Of a stretch of 64,000 nt of DNA, positions 50,301 to 62,200 are shown in pieces. The position numbers and the translations under genes were made by a program. The notes beneath the pieces were generated by a model. It worked only from the letters and a program-made list of their open reading frames with translations, ran no database searches and was not told the DNA's origin. Each line of letters begins with the position of its first letter. Position 1 is the first letter of the stretch. The stretch is from Podarcis pityusensis (taxonomy: Eukaryota): NCBI GenBank assembly GCA_964106645.2, contig OZ067051.1. One strand, written 5' to 3'.

Positions 50301-50481
50301 CTGAATCTCTCCTTTTCTCTCCCCAGGTGCTGCGCAGGTGACACCCTCGAGGTTTGCCTCCTGCTCTCCCTCTCCTGACCGCTAGCCCCGATGCTGCCTC
50401 GGACTGACTGGGGCCTTGCTGGGCGGCAGAGTGAGGGCCTGCTTTGAGGTGCTCCCTGGGCTCCCCCCTTTCCCGGCTTTC

Positions 50482-53400
50482 ATGGATCTGAGGCCACCCT
50501 GGCTGCTGTTGTTGTGGACTCTGATTGGGGCCCTAGCTCTCCTGGCCAGAGAAGTGCTTGGCCAGCACGTCTACACCAACACCTGGGCCGTCCTAGTCCC
50601 TGCTGGGCCACAGGAAGCGGAGCGGCTGGCCAAGAAGCATGGATTCCTCAACTTGGGCCCGGTGAGTGAAGCCTGCAGCCTCCCTGGAGCTAGTGCAACC
50701 CCAAACCTGAAGGGAAGCTGAAATGGGCTAAGGGAGGGAGGGAGCAGCCCTTGATGCGGGGCTTGGAAGGGGTAAAGAAGAAGGCCAGGTGTGGTGCTGC
50801 TGCCTTTAGAAGAGAGATATTTAGTCCATGAAACAAATGCTGAAGCCAAGAACCTTGCTGGGTTTGAGGCAGACCTGCTGCTCTCCTCGTTGCTGGGGTC
50901 TGAGGGAGGGGCTCTTTTCCATGCATGGAGGCACTGAGAGGTGCTAACAATAGAGGCAGGGTGCTTGGCTGTGGTGGGCGAGCTGGAAACTCCACCTGGG
51001 AAAGTCTGTTGGGTGTTCAGAGCTAGCTGAGATTGGGATGAGGAACCAGTGTTTGCCCAGGTGGGATTGGCCAGCGACTATGGTGTGATATGGCTTGTTT
51101 TCCTTCTCCTACAACCTATAGTTCAATTTGCTTTCAGGAGTTGCACTGAGTTTTTTGTAGGCCTTTGGCAGAATATTTTCATGTGCTCTGCAGTGGGGCT
51201 GGCTGTGGTGGGTGGGAGGTGTTGCTTGATGTGCTGAAGGTGGAATGTGGCTCCAGTGGCAGCAGGCTGCTCTACCTTTTTGCTTGTCCTTTCTGGTTGA
51301 ATGTGCTTCAGTTAAACTCCCTACAGGTGGAAAGGTGATGCTTACGCACCTTACAAAAGGGCATTTGTTGCTGCCTCTTGGAAAGTGACTTTTGGGGGTG
51401 GCTGTTTGGCTCTCTTTGCCCCAGGAGCCTCGTATCTTGGAGATGGTGGTGGGCCCAGCTGCCCTATGTTGACACACGACTAATGCAAGCTTTGCTTGGC
51501 AGCAGGCACGGAGTTGCCAGTTGCATCATCTTCTGGGCAGATTTGGAAAGGTCAAAAGCACAGCCTGCCCCCTGAGGCTGTTTGCACTTCACCTGCATGT
51601 GGGATCGGACACTGTGTGCCCTGGGGCTGTTTGCCTACCTTGAGGCCACCCCTTGTTCTCATCCGGTGGGATTTCATACCACGCTCTTTGCTGCCCTGCA
51701 ACTCTTGAATCATTTCACCCTTGACTGGAGTGGGAAGACGTGGCATTGACCAGTATTGACAAAGCATATGGGATTGAACGGTGCTGATGAGCTTCGCTGA
51801 AGCCCACCTAGGGCAGGACTGACTGCAGGGTGGGGCCGGCACTCGGGATGGATTGGATCTCTTGCTCCAGGGGGAGATGAGGGAGTCCAGCTCTTTTGGG
51901 GCTGGCTCTGTTGAAAGCACTTGACATGTTGACAGGGAGGTGCAGCACCCCATTCCCACCTCCTCCCCTGGTCATGTGGCTGCCTTAGAGGGAGGCTCAG
52001 AGGCTTCCTCACTTGCTGAGCTCACCAGCTGCTTTAGAGCTCACCCAGACTTCCTTCTGCACCACACTTTCCGGCCATAGGCCTGCACTTTCTAGGTCCG
52101 TGTCCAAGTGATTTTATATGTATGTGTTGCCGCTACCCTTGGAAAAACCGCTGAATTGGAGCAAAAGGGAATCCGTGGAAAAACTGATTACCATTTGTTC
52201 CAATTCAACAGTAAACAGTGGGTTTTCCCAGGGGAAGCGGCGAAACACACTCAAAAAACCACATGGACCTAGAAAGTGTGGACCTGTGCCTAGAAAACAT
52301 GGCACAGTCTTGATAAGCCCTGACTCCAGAGTGAAGCTTGGTTGGGGGGCAGGACGGGGGCTTGGCCTGCTAGAGCATCTTCGGGGGACAAAGCAAGCTT
52401 TTCCTTTGGAGCTGAGAATGTAAGAAGAACCTGCTGGATCAAGCCAAATGGGGCCTATCTATTCAGTTTTCTGTTCTCGCAGTGAACAGTGAATGTCCTG
52501 CAATCAGGTGCCCCTTCTGGGAAACTTGCAAGCAGGACCTGAGCACAAGGGCAACTCTCTCCTCCTGTGGTTTCCAACTGTGGAGGCAGAGCATAGCCAC
52601 TCTGCTAGTAGTCATGGATTGCCCTCTCCTCCCTGAATTTGTCCAATCGTCTTTTAAAGCCATCCAAGTTGATGGCCATCACTGCCTCTTGTGGGCATGA
52701 GTTCCATTTCGTGAAGAATGACTTTATCAGTCTTGAACCTTCCAATGGTCAGCTTCATTGGATGTCCATGCATGAGTTCTAGTGTTGAGAAGGGAGCAAA
52801 ACTTGCTCTACCCACTTTTTCCCACGCTGTGCATAATTTTTATAAACTTCTATCACACTTTGGTCTTCTTCGCATGAGGATCAATCCAGGCTGCTTGCCA
52901 TTTGCCAGCTCCTGGTTGCAATTGCCCCTTCACCGCTTCCTCCCTCGCCAACTCAAGGCCTCCACCGCCCAGGCGATGAGAGCCAGGCGTTCTGGCCTTG
53001 CACATGAGGTAACAACCTTTCCCTGCTGTGATTTCTGGGGGTTGAACTATCCCTTGGAGCTGGATGTGGGTGGTGGCGGACGACATGGCAACAGAGTCTT
53101 CCGTTCCGGGTGCTGAGCTTCTGCAGAGCATCCTACCCTTCCAGTCCTGGTCAGATCCTGTGAGCCCAGTGAGGGGAGGTACTGTGCAGCAGGCTGGTGC
53201 TCAGGCTCAGTTGGGCTGGGGTGGAGGGGTAGAATACTCTGCAGAAGACCCAAGACCTCTGGGGCAGGGGGCACGTGGAGGAGGTAGTTATTCAGAAGTG
53301 GGCTCTCTCTGCCACTGGGCCTTTGATTCCGGAAGCAGGAAAGAAGCTGTTCAGTGAAATTCCTTTTGTTCATCAGTGAGGAATGTTTTGCCCCTGGAAC

Positions 53401-56400
53401 AACTGGAATGGACCAGGGCTCAGTCCGGCACAGCCTAAGGCACAGGAGTGGAGCTAAGGAGTGGGGTGTCAGTCCTCTGTGGGTCATGCTTCTTCCTTCC
53501 TGCCCTGGCCTGTGCCGCTGTACCCCCTAAGTGCCCGTTGTGGCTCCTGGCTCCTTCCTAGGGCAGGCTGAGCAGGTTTGTGGTGCTGGCACCTGCGGGC
53601 AGCAGCCAAGGCAAGAGGCCCTGCAAAGGGGAATTCTGTTTGTTTTGGGGAAAATAGGGCAGGGAGCCAGGGCCTGGTGCACAGCCAGGCGTGGGGCAGG
53701 CAACAACTAGCTCGGGGTTCTGAGGCACTCCCAGGAAGAAGGCAAAGGGATCTGGGAAGAGGGGACTCCCTTCCTTGAAGACCTGGGGCAGGCCCCACTG
53801 CCCAGTTGAGGGCTTGTGCCGCATTCAGCTAGGGGCTGGGGGACCAGAAGAACCTCTCCTTGCTAAGGCTGGAGCCCACCAGGGTGGGGCACCTCCCTCT
53901 CCTCTCTGCCTGGCAGTGACGCTCTGTCTGCGAATTGCCCCCAGCGCTGGCACAGTGCCAATTCTCGGGGCAGGAGCTGGTGTCCCCTTACACTTAAGCC
54001 CTTGTTTCTATGGCAAAATGCCCTGCAATTCTCTTCAGCTGTCTTCTGGGGAGGGGGGAATTGCATGACCCCTTTTTTTGCAATTGAGCGTTGGGAGTGG
54101 AGGCTTCAGCCCCTGGAATGTGCAGGCTGAAAGTGTCCTGGGAGGAGCCTCTGGAGAGCCACTGTTGGGGTCAGGGGCTGCTGTTGGGCTGTGGACGCTG
54201 ATAAATACTCCTGTACCCGTCTTTCTCCAAGCAGAGACAATTCCACGGTGGTCGTGGAGTTCCCTTTTTTCATCCTCACAGCAACCTTGTAATGTTGGCT
54301 AGGCTAAAAGGGACTTCCCCTGTGAGCCTTGCAGCCAAGAAGAGAATAGGGCAAGAGGGGTCAGCCACAACTGCTGCTTTCTTCCTTCCCTTGAGCTTCC
54401 TCTTCGCAGAGGGCAACCCTTTTGACCTGCTGGCATACCCTATCCTCCTGCCTTTGCCTGCAGTGGTGGTCTGTGCCCTGCTAAGAGTGTGGGTGTGAGA
54501 AATGAGAGGGAACCTTCAGAAATTGTCGCCTGGGAGGCTGCACACTGGACGCTGGAAGGGAGTAGGAGCCTGTCGCTGGCAAGGCTTTGGTGGGAGTCCC
54601 TCAAGTGTCCACTTGGCATAGCTCTCCCCCTCCCCCTCCTGTGCCATCTCTAGGGAGGCCAGCAAGCTGCCCTTTTCCTTCCTCCTCCTTTCTGCCACTT
54701 GGGCCCAGTGCCATGAGGTCACTTGAGGAGCTGCTGCTCTCGCCCTGCCCTTCTTTTGAGGGGTTTGTTTAAAGATTAGAGATTTACATCAGAATCTTCT
54801 TAGCATCTTAGCCAGGCCCTGCAGGCAGCATGTGGGGAAGGAGCAGGAGCCAGCTGGTGGCCTTCATAGGGATGGGCGGGGGGGGGGAGCTCCTGGATTT
54901 GGCCTCTCCTCCGTCCCCTCCATGTAACTGGGTGCCAGCATGTGGGGCTATACTGACCCATGGAGAGCCTCCCCCTCTGCCTTGTGCTATCTCGGGCTGC
55001 CCTGCTTGGACCGACACATGGGAGATTTTTTGTCTCATTCATTCCTCCTTTCTCCCCCACCCTAGATCGTTGGAGACTATTACCACTTCCATCACCGAGG
55101 GTTGGCCAAGCGTTCCCTCTCCCCACACCGGTCCCACCACAGCTATCTGGGCAGAGAGCCACAGGTGAGTCCACAGAAGCTGTTCCAAGTGAGAGGCAGT
55201 CACCATGGGGGTGCTACAGAGCACAGAAGCCCTGGTTCTAGTCAATGCAGGCCTGATAAACTGGAGGGCTTTGGTGCCCCCTTCTCCTGGAGACAGCTGG
55301 GGCTGGCTCCTGCTTGAGGCTTTTGGCTGAGCTCCCACGGTGGAGAGAGCAGAGGGGCTTTCTGCCTCCAGCATGCCTCGACTGGGCACTTTTGTGCTCT
55401 GCACATGGCCTGGGGCCGGTTCTGGGATAGGCTGTGGAGGGTGTCTAATCAGGCTGGTTTTAAACCAGATGGGCCTGATATCCTGGTTCCATTTTGGGCT
55501 GCAGAAGAAATCCCAGAGGATTAACAGCCTGTCTGGGCCACCTCCTCCCCTGCAATTCTGGTTCTTCATTACCCTTCCCTTCCTCCAGGGTGTCTCCTGC
55601 CACATCACCCTCACAACAATCCTGGGAGGCAGGCTGGGCAATACAGCAACTGGCCCAGTGATCCTCATGCCTGGGGATGTGAACTGAATCCTAGCCTGAC
55701 ACTGCAATAACTGCAATGGCACTACATTGCTGCCAGTCAGTGCAGACGACGCTGAGCTAGGTGGGCCACTGGCCTGACCTGGTCCAAGAAAGAGATGAGA
55801 GGGTGGAGCCCACCCTGCCAGGCATTTTGGTGGCTGCCTGAGTCCTTCTGGTCTCCCTATGGGTGGCAATAGGGGAAGGGATGGGTCCCCTCCACATTTG
55901 GCCAAGGATGTCCCTGGCCTGACTGACCCTGGTCCTCCTGGGCGCTGTGGGGTTCGAGAGTCCACTTTGTGCGTGGCTGAACTGAGCTTCACCCCTGCGG
56001 GTGCCAAGATCTTTCCGCAAAGCACCCTGTCATTCTTGCCAGCAGCTGTGCCCCCGCCAGCCACCTCCATGGGGACCTGGTTGCTCCTCGCACCCAAGGG
56101 TGCACTTGGGAGGCTGCCCTTCAGTGCCTTTTCTGCCTTTTGCCTCCTCAGGTGCACTGGCTGGAGCAGCAGGTGTCCAAGCGCCGGACAAAGCGGGACA
56201 CCTTCCTGGAGCCCTCAGACCCCAAGTTCCCTCAGCAGTGGTACCTGGTAAGTGGGAAGGGGTGTGTGTGATGATGAAGGGAAGCAGAAGCCACCAGGCA
56301 ACAGGCACTGGATTCTGCCCTCCCCAGGGCTGCTGCCAGCCATGCCCTTCCACCCACATGGTGGTTGGGCAAGGGCGCCCTGATGTGACTGCTAATCCCC

Positions 56401-59158
56401 TCCCACAGAGTTAATCACTCCCTCCCTGCCTGGAGGATTAGTGGCAGCCTGGGAACAAAGCCCCCTCCATGACTGAGCTCACAGGAGCTGCCACCGCCCC
56501 GGAACAGAATCCGCCCCGGCCCTTGGACTGCCAGGAGGTCCCAGAGGCCACTAAGGGGCACCATCCGGATCCTGTCCTAAAGAATGGGGCAACATCATTG
56601 CTGTTGTTGTTGCTAATTTATTTATTACCTGCCCTTCACCCTAAGGTCCCAGGGCAGGTCATAGCATTAAAAACAATACAGGCAACTCTCAGTTTACATG
56701 TGTTCAGCAGGACTGCTTACACATGCATTGCACCAAACCCGGGAGTGACTTTTAAAACAGCAAAAATGGGCCCTCAGAGAGCCCAGAAACAGTGCCCAGG
56801 AATCCCACAAGCCTTTGCACTGACCTTTGAAGCCTGTGGAGGGTTTGAATTTGAGAAAGGAGGTTTGGAGGGAGTGATTGTGGTGGATTTGGGTGGTCTG
56901 GTAAGTGGTGCTGGTTTTTCAAGGGTTTCCATAGGTTTAGAGCAGTGTTTCCCAAACTTGGGTCTCCAGCTGTTTTTTTTCAGACTACAATTCCCATCAT
57001 CCCTAACCACTGGCCTTGCTAGCTAGGGATGATGGGAGTTGTAGTCCAAAAACAGATGGAGACCCAAGTGTGGGAAACACTGGTTTAGAGGGGGTTTGCA
57101 GGCATTTCCAATGGTGTTTCAAGTATATGTGATTTCACTGATGCGGGCAGTGCCTCGGCACATAATCCCCGCGTAAATTGGGAGTTGCCTGCATTACAAA
57201 TAATTTAAAACAACTTCCCACCATAAGAGTTAGAAGCCAAAGGAAAGAGGTATGTCTTCAGCATTCTCCAGAAGCTGTGCAGTGAAAGTGCCAGGTGCAC
57301 CTCTTTGTGGAGGGAGTTCCACAGCTTTTAGGGGCCACCACAGAGAAGGCTCTCTCCCAGCACGTTCTCTTTCTGCCAGTGGTTCTCCCCCAAAGCTGGG
57401 GGTCTTGCACGGTCCATTTCCAACTGGGGACTTGTCAGGCATTGAAGGAGGTGTTGCTGCAGAGCAGATTCTCCCCCATCCCTCCTCTCCACTGTAGAGT
57501 CCTCTTTGCTTAGCATAGAATAGTGGGGCCAAGAGGCTGGAGCTGGCATTCTCCTGCCCCAATGAATATGTGGGGCTTGATCCTGCCACTTTCCAGGAAA
57601 ACGGGAGGGGGTAGTGAAGGGAGCAGCAGCCAGCATTCCCCAATGCTCAGCTACAGATTCTTCCTTAAAGACTTAGCTGTAATTCCTGCATGGCAGGGGG
57701 TTGGACTAGATGACCCTTGGAGTCCTTTCCAACTCTGCAGTTCTATGATTCTGTGAGCCAGGCATCTGGGGTCTAGTTAGAGATGGTTTCCTCCACCCCA
57801 CCCCCTGTGTGACGAAACATGACTCTGTAGCCTTTAGAGTTGCCCTACTGGCTGTGCTGACTGGCCTTCTGCTCCCCCCACCTTTGCCCCCCAGTCCAAT
57901 GGGAACCAGCGAGACCTGAATGTGCGGGAGGCCTGGCAGCAGGGCTACACGGGGCGTGGCATCGTGATCTCCATCTTGGACGACGGCATTGAGAAGAACC
58001 ACCCAGATCTGGAGGCCAACTACGTGAGTGGGATGTGAGCGGGCTCCATTGGCACATGCCGTGCCCACTTTGCAGGGCTGGTAGAAGGGGCCGCGAGTCT
58101 TCCTGAGACAACCCCCTCCCACCCAAGCTGAGGCCACTTTTGCACGCAAGCTGAGGGAAGCTTTGTAGCAGTAACAAAATCCCAGAGTCCTCCTGAGCCC
58201 CATCAAGCCCTGCCTGTGATGGAATGAGCCCAAGCAAATTCAGCCTCTGGTTGTGGCCACTCACAGCACCGCTTTGCATCACACGTGGAACAGTGGTCCT
58301 TTCTGGACTCTTGGGGTCACATCTGGAGCTTTTGGAACTGGGAGTTTACTGCTGATGCAGAAAACGTGATTGTGGGGAAAGAGGTGATGCTGGGCTCTTT
58401 AATTGCAATTCCTGCATCGCAGGTGGTTGGACTAGAGGGATCCCCCTGGATCCCTCCCAACTCCACAATACTGTAATTCTTTCTTCCTTCAGGATCCTGC
58501 CGCCAGCTTTGATGTGAACGATCAGGATTCAGACCCTCAGCCGCGTTACACCCAAATGAATGACAACAGGTGGGGAGCCTTTCCGGAGGGCGGTTGGGTA
58601 GGGATGGGAGATATTGGGCAGGGAAAGAGGAACACCAGTTCTGCTCAGTCCTGGAAGCTCGGTCGCTGGGGACACATGGGCTGGGAATGGCACTGTGTAG
58701 AAGGAAAAGTGGATGGAGCTTCCTGGGAATGCTGCTCTTCCACCCTCTGTCCCCCTCCCTGCCTTTGCCCATTCGAACGCTGACTGTTGCTCAGCTGCAC
58801 TGAGAGGGAGAGAAGTTTGGGGCAGGTTTGCTTGTCCCCTGCTCCCTGTTTTCTCCCCATTCTAATGTATGGCCGCCAGTCCCTCCCCACCCAGCTCAAG
58901 TCAGATCTCCCTCTCTCCTTACAGGCATGGTACTCGGTGTGCAGGCGAAGTAGCTGCCGTGGCAAACAATGGCATCTGTGGTGTAGGTGTTGCTTACAAC
59001 GCCAAGATTGGAGGTGAGGAGGGCATCGTCTCTACCTTGGGCTCTGCTCCTCATCCAGCTTCTCACACTGGGTTAGCTGCCCAGAGGGAGCCTAAAATCA
59101 TAAATTGTAGAGTTGGAAGGGACCCCGAGAGTCATCTAATCCAACCCTCCTGCAAAGC

Positions 59159-59200
<42 letters not shown>

Positions 59201-62200
59201 TTATTATTTATACCCCACCCATCTGGCTGAGTTTTCCCAGCCACTCTGGGCGGCTCCCAATCGAGTGTTAAAAACAATACAGCATTAGATATTAAAAACT
59301 TCCCTAAACAGGGTTGCCTTCAGATGTCTTTTAAAGGAACAGGAGGTTGTTCCCCTGTCAAACAGCTCTTATAGTCTCCTTTCTTGTTATTTGGATCCGT
59401 TAGTTTGGGTCCTACACTCTGGAGCATCACAAAATAAACTTGCTCCATCCTCCATGTGGCAGCCCTTCAGATATTTGAAGGTGGCTCTCATATCACCCCT
59501 TCTCCAGGTGAAATATACCTAACTCCTTCCACCGTTCCCCATAAGGCTTGGCTTCCAGACCCTTGATCATCTCGGTCACCCTCTTAAGCACCTCTTCCAA
59601 CTTGTCAATACCCTCCTTAAACTGTGGTGCCCAGAACTGGGCACAGGACCCCAAGTGGGGCCTTGCCAAGGCAGACCAGAGCAGTGCCATTAGTGATGTC
59701 CATCTGTACCATCGTCTTAGGTGTCCGCATGCTGGATGGAGAGGTGACGGATGCTGTGGAGGCCCGTTCCCTGGGCCTCAACCCCAACCACATCCACATC
59801 TACAGTGCCAGCTGGGGCCCCGAGGACGACGGCAAGACGGTGGATGGCCCGGCCCGCTTGGCTGAAGAGGCCTTCTACCGGGGCGTCAGCCAGGTGAGCC
59901 TGTGGTCTGCAGCCAGGGGAGGAGGAAGGGTGGCCCTTGGGGTGAAATTGGGCTGCTGCCAAGCCTCCCACCTCCACCCCTAGTCTTGCCTCTGCCTGAT
60001 TTGGTCCCCACCCCACCCCAGGGCCGCAACGGGCTGGGCTCCATCTTCGTCTGGGCTTCTGGGAATGGCGGGCGCGAGCACGACAGCTGCAACTGCGACG
60101 GCTACACCAACAGCATCTACACCCTCTCGATCAGCAGCACCACCCAGTACGGGAACGTGCCCTGGTACAGCGAGGCTTGCTCCTCCACCCTTGCCACCAC
60201 CTACAGCAGCGGCAGCCAGAACGAGAAGCAGATTGTGAGTCTCCATCGAGCGTGATGGGGGTGGGGGGGCGGGCTTTGGGTCACAACCTGGCAATCACCC
60301 TGTGCCTCCTCCTCCTCCTCCCCAGGTGACTACAGACCTGAGGCAGAAATGCACCGAGTCCCACACGGGCACCTCCGCCTCTGCCCCGTTGGCGGCTGGG
60401 ATCATTGCCCTGGCACTGGAAGCAAAGTAAGGGGGCTGGGAGGGAGGGGAGAAGGGCTTGTGGGGGTGCTGCTTTGGTCCCTGATGGAGACGAGGGGTTT
60501 GGCACCCTTGCCCTCTCCGGTGAGACACGGCTGCTCCTTCTCCGCAGCAAGAACCTGACCTGGCGCGATATGCAGCACCTGGTTGTGCAGACCTCCAAGC
60601 CCGCCCACCTCAACACCAACGACTGGGCCACCAACGGGGTGGGACGCAAAGGTAAGCAGGCGCCTGCCAAGGACATGCCACTCTGGGGCGGTGGCAGGCT
60701 GCAGGGGCAGGTCCTGAGCCTCTCACACACCCTTCTTTCTCCCTCTGCTTGCAGTCAGCCACTCGTACGGCTATGGACTCCTGGACGCCGGCGCCATGGT
60801 GACTCTTGCCAGGAACTGGACCTCGGTGGGGCCTCAGCGGAAGTGTGTCCTGGACATCCTCACCGAGCCAAAGTGCGTCCCCACAGTGGAGCGGGGAGTG
60901 GGTGGGTTTGGGGTCAGACCCTCCTGAGGGCCAGCCTCTGTGTGGAAGGAGGGGGCGCCAGTTACTGAGGGTGAAACGAGCTTGGGGCATCGGGCTCCTT
61001 GAGCTTGAGGACTAGACTATTGCGTCGTCTGTGTTTGAACATCGCACAGACAATGTGTAGAAATCCTAAGGAGCATCTGATCTGAAACGGGCAGTGGCCT
61101 AGAAATCGGGGAAGGAGAGGTGGCTGCAGCTTCCCATGGCGTGGACTGGAACTGGCTGGAAGCGGCTGGAGAGAGAGAGGGAGGGAGTGTCCGTCCGTCC
61201 ACATGAACCAGACAGAGGAGGCTTTTCAAGGACAGGACAGAGCTGCCTTTCTCCAGGGTGTTGCTGCAGCGGGGGCTGCTCCCATCTCTTGCCCTGCCCT
61301 CCAAACACTGCTGAGTGCCAAGGACCGGGCTGGAGTTTGCTTTTCAGGCTAATTCTGGATATTTTGCTGCTGGTGGACAACACCTTGTGGTCCTGTGGTG
61401 CTGGACCTCAGGGGATCAGAGGGTGCGGGGGGTGGAGCAGGGATGAGGCTGGGTTGGTGGTCCTTGCTAGAGCAGACCAGCCCCAGCATTCCTGCCCACT
61501 GCAATCCTTTTTTTATCCAGAGTTCTGCCTTGCACAACCTGCCCTCTGAGGCTGCTGCTGGCTGGCAAAGCCTCATCCAGCCAGGCTAGGGACCTCAGCT
61601 CCTGCGGGAAGGGGAGTGGCGGGGCTCTTGCTCCTTTCACATCCTGTTCCGGCCTTAACCATGGGTGCCTGTTGCCTCCTGCAGGGACATTGGGAAGCGC
61701 TTGGAGGTGCGGCAGAAAGTGGATGCCTGCCTGGGGAAGGCCAGCTACGTGGGGCAGCTGGAGCACGTCCAGGCCCGGCTCACCCTCTCCTACAACCGCC
61801 GGGGTGACCTAGCCATCCACCTTGTCAGTCCCATGGGAACCCGCTCCACCTTGCTGGCTGCCCGGTAAGCCCCCTGCCTTCCTTGGACCCACTCTCTTCT
61901 GGGAAGCTGCCTCTGGGCTCTGCCCTCCAATGCCTCTCACTTTTGTCCTCTCCCCAGGCCCCACGACTACTCGGCTGACGGCTTCAATGACTGGGCCTTC
62001 ATGACGACGCATTCGTGGGACGAGGACCCCACTGGCGAGTGGGTGCTGGAGATTGAGAACACCAGTGAAGCCAACAATTTTGGTAACGGGGGAGGGGCAC
62101 CTACTTCTCTATGCCCAGACCCACTTGTTGTGGCAAGAAAAATATTCCAACCATCCAGCGCCCCCCGCCCCTTGTCTCAAATCCCTCCAGTCCCCGTGAC

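Noticed and set aside
55039-56157. 372-aa minus-strand ORF antisense to FURIN
   Set aside because: Spans intron and exon sequence including a SINE-like piece; no domain recognised; starts at a non-ATG codon.
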